A DNA stretch of 62,845 nt, from the NCBI GenBank assembly GCA_025201805.1, contig MU619254.1, forward strand, positions 88,014 through 150,858, given 5' to 3'. The position numbers and the translations under genes were made by a program. Below, piece after piece: positions 1-14,037 of the stretch (within the stretch, counting starts at the first letter, position 1; the number at the start of each line of letters is the position of its first letter). The notes beneath the pieces were generated by a model. The model worked only from the letters and a program-made list of their open reading frames with translations, was not told the DNA's origin and searched no databases. Source of the DNA: Parasitella parasitica NRRL 2501. Taxonomy: Eukaryota; Fungi; Mucoromycota.

Positions 1-1232
1 TTGGAAATGACCAAAATTTATTTTCATTGGCCCAACCTAGTTTCGTCAACAGTAATGTGAAGTTATAAAAATAGAGATTGTCATTTGCTTGAATATACTA
101 TGATTTTTGAAAAGACACATAATTAAAGGAGAAAACAGACTGAAATGGTTGGTTTAAACTTAGATTTAGGGATAAACTGCTATTGTGTAAATGGATAATT
201 TAACGGATACGCAAAACTTGATGCCTTATTATTATTTGATATTTGACACTTTGACACTTTGATACTTTATAGTTTTGTAATTTTAACCATTTTTTGTTTT
301 TGTTTAAATACCTATGCGGTTCTATAGATTTGTCTAAATATTTGAGCTTATTAGATGCCTCATATCTAACAGATCCATCTGGAATAATTCATCAATTATG
401 AAATTCAAACAATTTTTATTGTGGCTCGTTGGTGATTGTTCAATTTCAGGTATCTGAAGTACATGCATGTCGGTAGTGCTGATAAAGAATTTTTATTGCA
501 TTAAAAAATGAAATGATAAAGAATCCAAATGGTCATTCATTTAAAAATACCTATTGCTCCTGCACAATGGCTGTTTGATCAAATCAAAAATTAAATAATT
601 AGCGCGTCGCAATTTCTCTATTCTTGGGCATCTTTAATCTAAAATAGAGATATAAAAATGTAATTGAACTCAATATTCTTAGGGAGATCTTTCTTTTCTG
701 TCAGAAACTTCTCAGCTTTATCAGATATAAAAGATTTGCTATCATAAACACCATGACATTTATCATTGACTTGAATTTTTTTTTCAGAAATCATAAAAAG
801 ACTGTACAGCAAAAAAAAAGTCGAAAAGGGGCATAAGGGTTTAGATTCTGGAATGTATGTGCTGTTTGAACTAGAAACTGCCAGCAAAAGACCTTCATTG
901 TTAGAACTATAAAAGTAGCAATATTAGATGACAAAATATTTGGTGCTGGCATAGGTCCAAGTGAACAGGTATCAGTGGTGTCTCAAATCCAGCTAAGCTT
1001 CTGTATGAGTCTATCAGCATATTTGAAGCATTGACCTCATACTGAGCCAAAATGAGTGTCTGGAGCCATTCAAGGGAAAAGCATAGCGTTGATTGCTTGT
1101 CGTTACATGCAGTTTCATAGACGAGATTCACATTAATATAGAGCTATATATATAGTTTTCTTTTATTTGTTTCTTCGCAATTTCACTATGTATTTTGGGC
1201 CAACAAACACAAATATACAATTTACAGACAAG

Positions 1233-3153
1233 TTACTCATGATTAACAGAATTACCATTGTAAGTTGGTCGCTTATCATCATCTTCAGAGTCTCCTTCGC
1301 CGTGGAGCGTATTTACTCTTGTAGCATAAGGATTGCGTCTATATTGGTAACATATGAGTCAAAGCGAACAGTAAACATATGCAGAATTTACGATCTTTAC
1401 CTTTGAGTTACAGAAGATGACGATGTGGAAGAGGAAGATCCAGCCACAATGTTTTCTCCTCCTAATCTTTGGCCACCTCCCATGTTACGAATCAGTGGTT
1501 GTTGTTGTCGAGAGGCTGAAACATCGGTATGGGCCATTCCGTTGGAGGGAAATAAAGTAGCCAATGCACCTGTTAGTAGATTGATCAATGTAATTACAAA
1601 GCCATAAATGAGATCAAACGCAGAAACGACATATCCCGTAAAACCTGCACGGTTTCTACTAGTAACACTGCGTATGGATAAAGAAGATGAGCCTGCTTTC
1701 AGAGGCTTCATGATGATTGTAGCACTTGGGCATAGATTCAAGTCTATCAATGTTTTGTCATCATCTGCCTCTGCAAACAAACGCGTTGGAAATTGAGATG
1801 TGAGTTTGTAGGGTTTTTTAGCGCTCTCTGTACGATTCTAAGATACATGCATAGAAATCAATCGTTAGTTGAAAGTCATTCCTGGCCCATATCTAGATTT
1901 ACCTCTTTAATCCAGTCTCGTACATGGGACAGTGTAGAAATGGCTAATAATGAGCTGGTTAGAATGGCGTTCATGTTATATTGTAACGTCTCCAAAGTAC
2001 CTTCGAATTGATGACGAATATTGGAGCCATCCAATTGACGAATGTTCAAATTACTATGCATATGGTCATTGCTTTTAAAACTACTGCTGCTACTACTGTT
2101 TTCTGCTGCTTCTTGAGTATTCGGTGATGCTGAGTTTTGGCGCTGTTTTTCAGCGTCTCTCTGAGCAATCTTCTCTGCACGATCTCTTGCTATCTGTTCA
2201 CGAACTCTTCTTCTATGCGCTTCATCTTCTAGTCGCTCCTTTTTTATCTTCTCAAAATAAATTTTGTTTTCCTTGTCGATCCTAGATTGTTGAGCTTCTT
2301 GAAGCATTTTCGCTTCTTGCCTTCGCTTAATCTCTTTATCTTTAGCTTCATGCTGTTCTCGCTCGGCTCGCTCTTTTCGAACTCGCTCCAATTGTTTTTG
2401 TACTCTACAATACATGTCAACCATCTCTTGATTCTTTCCATCATTTAAAATCCTTACTCTTCCTTTTTTGCTTTATTTTGATCGTGTTGCTGGACGTTCT
2501 TTGAACAGTCAATCGAATGTATGGAATTTGCTGAAGTTGTAGCGTTAGTATTCTCTACTGATGGCTCTGCCACAGGAACAGGTATGGCAGGATCAACTTC
2601 AGTTGCGGCTGCGGTTAACACAGACATTGGTTCTTGTGGAGGCGCTGAAGGGATTTGGTTAACTGCATTGATTTTGTCGATGATATCCTGGCTAGTCAAT
2701 GTTTCGATGCCAAAATCCATAATCGTGCCTTGCTTGATAAAGTAAAGAATGGGTATAGTCTGAATAGGATCTGATGACGGTCGATTAGTTATTGATAAAT
2801 GTTGTCGTTTACATATGCTCACAATATTGACCAAACAAGATGGCGTTTTCTGAGCTCTTTTCCATGGCAACAGCAACTGTATTTTCATCGATTGCCTTGG
2901 CAACCTGCACGCGAAAATGTTAGTGCATAATAAAGTGTTTTTTATTTACTCTACGTTACTTGGTCATCTTTCAAGGTAGCATTCAGGATATTCGTTTTTT
3001 CAGATTCGTCTGTATAAATATTAAAATTTGAATTATCCTTTTTGTGGGATGTTTCAATGATTTACCATGAATGTAAACGAGAAACACGCATTGCTTTTCA
3101 GCTACTAGCGAAATAGCATCTGTCATAGATCCCTTAAACCAAATATTGTTCAT
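1233..3153 (-). CDS. UBX domain protein (UBXN4/erasin-like Cdc48/p97 cofactor), multi-exon
   Basis: Spliced translation starts MNNIWFKGSMTDAISLVAEKQCVFLVYIH. It has a coiled coil, a UBX domain (LNIRQLDGSNIRHQF...LIDLNLCPSATIIM), a hydrophobic hairpin and a C-terminal TYNGNSVNHE* like the UBXN4 tail. Confidence 0.85.
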
Positions 3154-4519
3154 ACCGATATTTTTAAAGAGGAAAAAGGTAACAGAAATGAAAGTAGAGA
3201 TCTAATGTTAATTTAGCCCACCAATTTGTGCGTCACTCAGCGTTTCGCTTTTCACTTGTGGGCAGCCAATTAATATCTGACAACAATGTACAACACAATC
3301 ACAAGCACAAAACCGGTTGAATCTTTTTAAAACATGCATTTATTATATTTATAGTGGAATAAAGATTAAACTAAACAAATAGTCCGAAAAATTTACATCT
3401 AGAAAGAGGAGACAAAATGATTAATATTTTTTCTGGATTAAACAGAAAAGTGTAATTATTGAATGTATATTTGAATGCGCTCAGGTTTAATGGTGAAAGA
3501 GTTGTCATCAATAATGATTATGCGTGGTGCATGATCAAACTCATCAGTGCTTTCAATCAAATATACATTCCATAACTACTATTACTAAATGACTTACCAA
3601 AAGTTTGTTTGATTGTAGAAAAACAAAAAGGATTCATGAAAAAATTTCTTGCCTTTTTGTATGTTTTTTATGAATTAAAAAAATTTATTGCAGTATCATT
3701 TTATTAGGTCACAAAGCAAGTCGCTGTCCCTGCATTGGGAATCTTGAAACAGAAGTTCGTTGGATGTTGTAGCACCATATCGACTTGAAATTCAGCGTTT
3801 TGTGCCATTTCAAGTGATTAAGAAATTTATGATTTAAGCGCTTTTTTTTTTTTTTTTTTTTCAAACTTGATTTATTAGAAAATACATTGCAAAATAATTG
3901 TAGCAAAAGCAATGAGTACGCCAAATGCATACAGCACCTTTTCGGCCAAATAGAATGAATGGGACTATTTTGGATCGAGTCAAAGTAATTGTATTGACAC
4001 ATGGAAATTGGCGGCATCACAGCAAAAAGCATCAGTCTACAAACTCTGTCTTTCAAATGTGGAAGCTGTTATCACCATTAAATGTTGAGCTGTATTCTTT
4101 ACAACATAAAGACAATCAAATAAATGTCACTTTACTCTTCACCGCTATTTAACATGTCGCTATCAAAGCCTATAGTATTGCCAGCGATAAAAGTAGCCAG
4201 GCTACACGCTTGTATGTAGAGTATAGACTATATCCTCCTTCGTTCCGACAACAAATTATATATCTCAAAGAAAACTTTAAGAGCTGGAATGAGGGTGATA
4301 CATGCCATTGTGCCTTTGGCTGTAGTTTCGCCTCTACAGCCTTATAACGTTGCTTTTGTTGCTACACCTTAGTTTTTAGCTTCTTACAGTTCTATCCACC
4401 TCCTGAGGATTTCACCTTGAAGGAATAGGTAAAGGCTTTGTATGGAACTATTGTCGATTGTGAGCCTATCGCCCCTGGGAGCAAAATCAATGCCAATGCT
4501 TTAGGATTGCTTAAAATTT

Positions 4520-5037
4520 TGAGAGGCGTTGCTGGTCAAAGAAGGGAACTCCCGCCGTAGTTACAGTGCTTACAACTAAAGCGAACGCAACGCCGATTTC
4601 AGGTGCAATATTTGCAACTGGTTTAATCATTGTCAGTTTGAGAGTTCCAAAACGCATTAAAAAGAGAAATATTGATGGTTATTGCGTAGGAACAGTGACA
4701 GGGCATTATCTGAGCTTTTTGAAGGCTACTCTTGATGAAATGGACAAGTATCCGATATGAAGGGACATTGCCTTGTCATGGATAACGCTCCTATCCACAG
4801 CTCAACTGATATAGATAAGTATATCTATTCTCGCCTATTCTCGCCTATTCTCCTGAATTAAATCCAATTGAGCAGTTCTGGTCAGTCATCAATAGTAAAG
4901 TTAAGCGAAATAAGTTTTTGGAAAAAGAATCACTCATGATAAAGATTAGCGAAGCATGTAACAGCTTATATTTTAGTGATTTCCAAGGCTTTGTTTCTCA
5001 TTCTGCCAAATGTCTTCAACAAAGAGAGGCTATAAAA
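4520..5037 (+). mobile_element. Degenerate Tc1/mariner-IS630 (DDE_3-type) transposase fragment
   Basis: Frameshifted motifs WSKKGTPAVVTV, GTVTGHYLSFLKATLDEMDKYP, MDNAPIH and YSPELNPIEQFWSVINSKVKR. The N-terminal half is absent. Confidence 0.88.
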
Positions 5038-5054
5038 TATCCAATGCAGGAACG

Positions 5055-5169
5055 CTCAACCCAACTCAACCCAACTTAACCCAACTTAACCCAACTCAAC
5101 CCAACTCAACCCAACTCAACCCAACTCAACCTAACTTAACTCAACCCCACTCAACCTAACTTAACCCAA
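5055..5169. repeat. Decamer minisatellite (CCCAACTYAA)n, about 11 units, degenerating rightwards
   Basis: Directly visible tandem ccaactcaac/ccaacttaac units. Confidence 0.95.
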
Positions 5170-6775
5170 ACACTTTTACTTGCCCTTTTTTAATTACACT
5201 TTTTTTTCTGTTAGTTTGTGATGGCAACTTCATAGGATTAGCTCAAGCTCTAACTGGATGGCGTATGGCGGACATGTTTAAGGCCCCTATTGTCTGCTAC
5301 ATAATTATAGCAACATCCTACATATACTTGTTTATATTAACGTTATTTGTATCATCTCTACAATATTAACATAGCCCAAAAGATTTCTGGAGGTATGAAA
5401 GCGAAATGAAAAATATTTGCCTCATACTTGACAAACATTTTTTTTTAGTAATCGATGTAACAAAACTGTTCGTAATCTCCTACAAAGTCAAATATTTGAA
5501 ATTCCAGAGCAATTCAAAAGTCTACTTGATTGTTCTCATTAAAGCAAGGTCGAGGCATAATGGCATTCCTTATTAGTGGTGTTTTCCACGAATTAATCAT
5601 TTGCAATCCACGACTTAACTTGCATGCTAGAAGTTGAATACTTCAATACCAAACAAGAGCCAACAGTTTGGAAACGAGCATTTAGAATTGCACCCACTTT
5701 AAGCTTTATGAACTTAACTGGCCTACTATTTTTTGCACCTTCTTAGAACTAGATTCACCGAGGTCTTGTCCATTGCCATTCTTGATTTTCGCAGTAAACA
5801 CTCTCGATCCAGAGAAAAATTCTATACTGAAGATCCAGGAATGGCTTAGAATATTTGTTTCCAAATGAAACGGCTTATTGGGACGGAAATGTAAAGGTTC
5901 ATTGGGTTTTTCATCCACGATTATTGAAGATGTGGATACTTCTTCTCACATGACCAGAACGGCGGCCACAAGCTTTAGGAACTGGCTGAACTGCCATTTG
6001 TTCTTCTTGATCATCAATGGCAGTAAGGCGTCTTTTGCGATCATTAAGAACGGATGATATAGATGACATATTAACGCGAAAATAGTGGTTGATGTCTCTA
6101 TACAGTACTGAATTCAGAAAGCGGCATAAACAAGGTTAAGAAACGAGAGACACATTAAATATTCAAAAAGCTCAGAGAACAATCATACATCTAAATGAAT
6201 CATCGGAAACCTCGTTGAAAAGGAGTTCACTAAAGAATAAACCGCTTACTTTATAAGCCAAATAGTCTTACAAAATAAATGAATCAATTGATGAAGCAGG
6301 TAAATATTATGAAACTAGCGAGGCAGAAGGAAAACATGAAGAAAAGCAGCATTATAGAGAAGTTAATATCACAAACTACAAACCTCGCTTCAGATAATTA
6401 AGTATTGGTTAGCATTAATTTCTTTGTTCGTTTGCAAAACTAATCATGTGTCAAATAGAGTCGGCATATTGCTTTAGATACTAGTTGTAGAGCTTGTTTC
6501 TGCGGGTTTAACTCTCTACCTCTTTGTGTACGATAACAAATCTTTGCGATATAACATTGTTTATAGTTTTAATATGGCAACTGCCTGATCAGCTTATTAC
6601 ATTAGGGATTGTGTTCCATTATAAAGTTCTTTTTTTCAAAGTAGTTTACAAGGTTTAGTTTTGATAGTATTTTAATTAGAAAGTTTGACGAAAAGAGCTG
6701 GTTTTTTTTTTCAATTGAATGATATTCATACGCCTAGAATATCTCTAAAACATGAATTCATATCGTGTTAGTATG

Positions 6776-9018
6776 TTAACAACTACTTTGAATAGGAACA
6801 GTCTCTTTCTCAAGCCAAGCAATGGCTAATTCATCGCCATTAACAAAAGGAGTCAGCTTTTCGCGGCATTCTTTATGATAAGCATTGACCCACTTGATCT
6901 CAGAAGTAGACAAAAGGGCAACATCGATCAAATTAAGACCGATGGGTACCATTGTAACATGCTCAAAGCCCAAATAACCACGATTACCAAAGTTGTTGTT
7001 TGTTTCAACATCTTTAACTAGAAGGACATTTTCGATACGAATCCCGAACTCGCCATCTTCATAGTAACCAGGCTCGTTTGTAACCGTCATACCAGCAGCA
7101 AGTGCAGTATCATTAAAATGGGGACGAATACCAATGCCATGAGGGCCTTCATGGACATTTAAGAACGAGCCTACACCATGACCAGTGCCATGCAAAAAGT
7201 TCAAACCGTCTTTCCAGAGATATTGACGCGCAAAGGGATCAAGCAAGTAGCCAGTAGTTCCTTTGGGGAAAATGGCCTCGTCAATGGCAATATGACCTTG
7301 AAGAACACGAGTAAAACATCTTTTTTCATAAAGAGATGGAGTCTTGAAATGATAGGTACGAGTGACATCAGTAGTACCATCCTTGTATTGTCCTCCAGAA
7401 TCACAGAGGTAGATGTTGCTTGGGTCAATGATCTTGCAAGTTTCTGGCTCTGGTTTGTAATGGATAATGGCACCGTTAGAGCCCGTGGATGAGATGGTAG
7501 CGAATGACAAACCGACATAATGGCCTTGAACAGCACGGAATTGCTCAAGACGATCAGCAGCTTCCACTTCACTTAATTTCTCACCAGCAAGTAACTTCTT
7601 TTCGAGCCAGGCAAAGTACTGAACAAGAGCGGCGCCATCACGGAGATGACAATCCCGCATACCTTGTAGTTCTTGCGTGGTTTTAATGGCCTTACAATCA
7701 GTGATAAAAGATCTCTCTTCCAAAACATTAGCCTAAAATATGACAGTGATCAGAATTGTGTGCTTTTGGAGAGTATAACAGTTTAAATTACCTCTCCTAC
7801 AGCAACTTCCACAGCTAGACTGGTCTTGTTGTTGACCAGCACTTTTTTTCCACTCAACTTTAACTTTTTAAGGTCGGCAAAGAATTGACTATAGGGCTTG
7901 GTAGTTACGGTAGAACCTAAACTTGAGTTAACCTCGTCTGTTACTTTATCCAGGTCCAAATATAAAAGGGCCTCAGTTTCATCGACGATAGCATAGGAGA
8001 AAAAGACAGGGTTGCATTCGATATCAGAGCCTCTAAGGTTGAACAACCAAGCAATCTCATCCAGTGCAGAAACGACCGTGCCGTAAGCATTTCTACTCTT
8101 GATATGGGAGCGCAATTCACTCAGCTTGTCTTGAACCGTTTTACCTATTGATCAAGGCATTAATTGCCGTTCAAGGAACTAATTGCTGTAATCTACACTA
8201 ATAAATTACCTGTAAATTCAGCAGGTTGTACAAAGACCTTGTTCTTTGGCGGCTCGGGTCTATCTTTACCCCAGGCAAGATCAATCAGATTGTCGACGGG
8301 GACCAGCGATGATCCAAGAGGTTCAAGTTGAACAATGAGTTGATGAGCGTCCGCTATTAAAAGCAACATCAGTAAACACAGCCGACAATATACTGCAAAA
8401 TACGCCATACCAGCATTGATAAGAGTAGGGTCAGTGCCAATACGAGAACCGGCAGGAAGACACTACATGAGCATTGGAATACATGTAACAAGTAAAAAAT
8501 CAAACCCTGCCAACGCACCTTGACCAAATATTCTTGCCAAGTAGGCACACCTGGAAGGCCTTGCTTCATTAATGTCCAGTTATTATCCAATTGTTGAGAT
8601 GCTTGCAGGAAGTAACGGCCATCAGTAAACAAGGTTGCTTCTGTGTCAGTAACAATTGCGAAACCTTAAAACGATGATGTTACCGTGAGAAAAGCTTAAA
8701 TGGCGCTGCTATATGCCTGAATGCACTTACCAGCAGAGCCAGTGAAGCCAGAAATCCAATGGCGACGCTTATCACAGTCAGCTATGTATTCACTCTAAAA
8801 ACAGCAGAGATGTCAATTAGTGTTGGCATAGCTACCGGATAAGCCAAATTTCACATACCTGGTGAGCATCTTCAGAGGGAGCAAGGCTATGTAGCAATAT
8901 GTGTTAGACATCAACCGAGATTCGGTATCGACCTATATATAACATACAAGACATCAACTTGATGCTTCTTCATTTGAGAGCGAAGAGTTGCAAGACGATC
9001 TGAAGTAGCAGTAGGCAT
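6776..9018 (-). CDS. Xaa-Pro aminopeptidase (aminopeptidase P, M24B), multi-exon
   Basis: Motifs [77 protein letters not shown]. Confidence 0.95.
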
Positions 9019-9262
9019 ATTTTCTTGTTGTAAATGTGGAAGAAAGAAAAGTATGAGACAGAATTTCGTCAAAGTGCTTATATACGGTTGTTCACGAAAT
9101 ACATAGTGGATCATGGATGCGACGTCATTTGAGTTGACCAGATATGGACTGACAAAAAAAGGAGCGGAAACGCTGTAGCAAACAGTTGTTTAAAGCACAG
9201 CCATACTTCCTTGTTCTTTCTGCTCTTCCTTTGTTACTTTTTTCTCTTTCGCAAAATAGAAA

Positions 9263-10719
9263 ATGTCACAAAATAAAGTAGAGGATGTTTACATGATAGA
9301 AAACAACAATAGAATTCAAACAAGAAGAGCAAGTAGGTCAGCCCGTTCTGCGTCGCCCGTCATGGAAGAGGAGGTCTCTTCTCCTGTATCCTCAGTTGAG
9401 CTTGATCAAAACACTGGTAGCCAACTCACTAATAGTAGTCTTGTGTCTAATGGTGGCCGTGTTACGCGGTCCCAATCTGTTGAAAGCAGTGGCTACGAAA
9501 CTACCGACTCAAGAAAGAGAAAGAGAAAAGCAAAGAACAGCAGCCCCAGCAATAAAAAGAGAGTGGGAGGAACAAATGAGCTACTGTCTAGAGCAACACC
9601 TGCTCTAGCTGCAACATCAGCAGTAGCATTGCCGGCAACAGCAACGACTCTCATGAACATAAATGTACAAAATGTACACAATGCCAATAATTCAAATGCA
9701 GAAGGTGAACGTGAAACAAGGAATTCCGCTCAAAGGATCTCTAAAGAAGCTAGAGAAGCAAAGAAAGCCCAGAGAGACCTCATCATGAAGGAAAGGTTAG
9801 TTGAAAATCCGTATCATACATACAAACAAAATCACAAAGCATCTTTGTTTCGTTTACAGATTAACCGAATTGGATAAGCTTGAAAAGGCTGTCAAGGATG
9901 GATCACATTCTGAATATCATAAATTATTGAGTGATATCGAGTCAAAAAGATCCAAAATGCTCAGTGTAGCCGAAATGCGTAGATCACTTGCAGAAGGTAA
10001 CGTGAACAATTTCTTTAATTCTCAAAAATATGCGGCGTATTCGCAATACTATGTAAGTGCCAGAAAAACAAAACAAATGCTGTTGCTGAACCACGATTCA
10101 AGTGGGACAAGTTAGCCCTCCGACGATCCATGATACAGCATGTGCAACAAAAAATCAACACGCTGGAACAAGAATACTATTCAAATCATGTTCAAAGTAA
10201 GCTTGATTGTTTATTATGTTATATGGTCGGTTGCAGGAAATAACATGCAAAAAAGGCTCTTTAGATGATGATCATTTAACTGAATGGGTCCCTCCAGATA
10301 GACCTTCTATGCTCATCATCATTTTACATGAGTATTTTTTCCTATTCACATCCATGTATTCATTCTTAACAGACACTGTACGCTCTTTGACTTTAGGTTT
10401 AGCTGAAGACGACATAGAAAATGACATTGAAAGTGCAAAACAAGATCCAGCTGTTGACGAGCCTATTTATTCGACATTGAATACTTCGTATGAGCAGCAA
10501 CACTATCTCAATAAACAACACCAATTATCTTCCCCCTATTCGACTTATTTTCGACATGATACACCACCTATCACAACAACTCGTGATTCACCACCATTGG
10601 ATATGTTAGCATCGCTGGCCGATCGTCGACATCCTAAAGAGGAACCAACAGAAAAGTCCTTTACTTTGCCCCCGTTAAACCCATGGCGATACAATCAAAG
10701 ACCTACTCTGCCCACTTGA
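9263..10719 (+). CDS. Sds3-like domain protein (Sin3/Rpd3L-associated family), multi-exon
   Basis: Low-complexity N-terminus with a basic NLS (RKRKRK). Central coiled coil LDKLEKAVKDGSHSEY...YYWDKLALRRSMIQHVQQKINTLEQEY resembles the Sds3/Dep1/BRMS1 domain. Confidence 0.6.
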
Positions 10720-10908
10720 AAATCCGAAATAACCTGATTTTATATTACTTTTATTTGATATCATGAATGAACAATGACACAATCTAAATTAGACGTACAG
10801 GCTCATTTTTATTTGATTTTAATCCAATATACGATTCACGCGTTCTTTTGTCTAAGACATGTTCAGTGTTTTCAAAAAGAGTAGATGAAAATGTGTTTAT
10901 TAAAGTAA

Positions 10909-11661
10909 TCATTTTGAATTAGCTTTTTCAAGAACGGTTTCATAAGCGACCTATACAAAAATGAGTATCATGCTAGGTGCTTATTGACATTAATTACCTC
11001 AGATGCGTCAGTGCCTTGTATTTCAACAGCTAAACCCTCCAAACGTTTACGAAGAGCATCCTTACTGGCAGCGTACAGCATCTTTTGACGAACCTTGGCG
11101 GTATCAGGAATCCTGAATAACGCGATATTTCAGATCAGTGTTACTAAAAGTTTACGAAAGTGAAAAACATATTTCAACTTACCAACTATAGAATACAATC
11201 TTGTTTCTCAAACCGTCATCCGTTTGAAAGTCGAAATCGTAGACAGCATAACGAGGTTCAACTTCAGGAAGACAATTCAAGAATTCCTCATAGTCACCGG
11301 TTTTGACCGACTTTTCAACAATGATCTCTGAGTTATCCTCTATCAGATTACCGAGTTAGACGTCATAGATGGTGCTAATTTTTATAAGAAATACCAGACA
11401 ACTTGAAGATAATATACTTGTAATTTTGGCCCATTTTGAGACTTCCATAATTGTTAAGGCACTCATCATTAACCGCTACACCAGATGCCTAAAGAATGAG
11501 AGTGTAAGTGCTTGGCAAATCAATTTGGCTGTTATTAGCAAAACACGAAAAGTAGGAAAACGTGTCAACTTTTCTAACCATATGGCCAAAAAAGTATCCA
11601 TATTGATCCCTACTCTCTGATATTTCCAGAAGAATAGAATTCTTTCATTTTGACTTACCAT
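10909..11661 (-). CDS. COF1: Cofilin / actin-depolymerising factor
   Basis: ATG-only first coding exon, then [10 protein letters not shown]...YIIFKLS...[10 protein letters not shown]...[30 protein letters not shown]...[20 protein letters not shown]. Confidence 0.95.
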
Positions 11662-11880
11662 TTTTTTTAATATTTATATTTGGGAAGAAAAGAAAAGAAA
11701 AAGAAGAAAAGAGAGTATTTCTCGAGAATATAGTGATCACGGAATGCAAAAAAAGACTTCCTAGGACACGTCATATTATGGGCTCATCTTTGCCAACACG
11801 TGATGACAGCTTGCCTTCAGGCAAACTGCAGCCTCTTTCGTTACAAAAAACTTTTATTCCACTTACGGGTTACTAGAAAC

Positions 11881-12557
11881 ATGTACAGGACAGGACCGAA
11901 ATATCAAGCTACAAGCAAAAAAGCTTCTACCTCCACTCAATGTCAGAAATGTCTAGAGCATGGTCATTGGGTACTGTGAATTTATTAAATACTTCTGGCT
12001 TCATGGCTTACATTATTGTGGTAGACATATGAATGCAAAAAAGATAGAAGCTACAGAGTGAGACCCACACGTACACAACAATTGAAGAAGCCCATCAAAT
12101 TGTATCAACCTGAACTACCTAAAGAGCTCCAAGATAAACGCGGTTTAGCTGATGAGATATTGAAACATAAAGAAAAAGAGAGATTAAAGCGCAAGAAGAG
12201 ATCAAGGTAACAAAAAGACGGGAATGAAATGACATTCATATCTAATCGGTTGATAGATCATCTTCGGCTTCGTCATCTTCGTCATCTTCGTCTTCCTCCT
12301 CTTATTCAAGTAGCTCTTCCTCATCTGGAACTGACAGCGATAGTAGTTTAAGCAGCAGCTCTGGTAGTCGTGGTCGCAGTAGCAGTTTAAGCAACAGTCG
12401 TAGTCGAAGCGTAAGCAGTAGAAGTAGCAGCAGTGGTAGCAGTGGTAGCAGTGGTAGCAGTGGCAGTAGCAATAGTGGGAGTGACAATGAAAGGGATTAT
12501 AATGTGTCGAAAAAGACAAAACGTCGTAAAACACAAAAATCATCCCCAAGACGATAA
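11881..12557 (+). CDS. Zinc-knuckle protein, ZCCHC10-like, with Ser-rich tail
   Basis: CQKCLEHGHW|TYECKKDRSYRVRPTRTQQL (CCHC knuckle split by an intron), followed by a poly-Ser/SSG repeat C-terminus. Confidence 0.85.
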
Positions 12558-12939
12558 ATGTATTATGGGCAATGGAATAAATATATTATATCACCTTGAG
12601 GATTTTGACAGAAGAAATCTAGTATTGAACTTGAGCAATTTCGGTGCTGCCCTTGATAAATTGAGTTGGTAAAAAAAAAACTGTTAGATGAATTTGAATA
12701 GAAAACATCGTTTTACTGTGTTTTCTTGCAGACATCAACAGCTCCAAGTCTTCATATCAATTATTCGATCTCCAAATTAAACTTAGAAGCACATTGATGC
12801 TACGGAAACTACAGAGATGACGTCGATTAGACGTTGCGTGTAGCTTGATGAAAACGCGCGTTCTGGATGGTTGAAGCTCGAGTTATAAAGTGTGCTTTCC
12901 TTTAAACCCCTTTCTTCTCTTCAATTCATTTATCTATAA

Positions 12940-14037
<1,098 letters not shown>

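Noticed and set aside
1-1131. Short minus-strand ORFs (639-887, 907-1131)
   Set aside because: Non-ATG starts and no motifs; cannot be assembled into a gene.
5055-5169. CRISPR-like array
   Set aside because: Contiguous 10-mers without spacers, in eukaryotic DNA with no cas genes.
5250-6400. Coding-like fragments, including ORF 5706-5918
   Set aside because: Multiple stops in all frames and no family motif I can recognise; possibly transposon debris but unsupported.
12302-12549. Leu/Pro-rich and Cys/His-rich minus-strand ORFs (metallothionein-like appearance)
   Set aside because: Antisense shadows of the (GGTAGCAGT)n Ser/Gly repeat in the zinc-knuckle gene.
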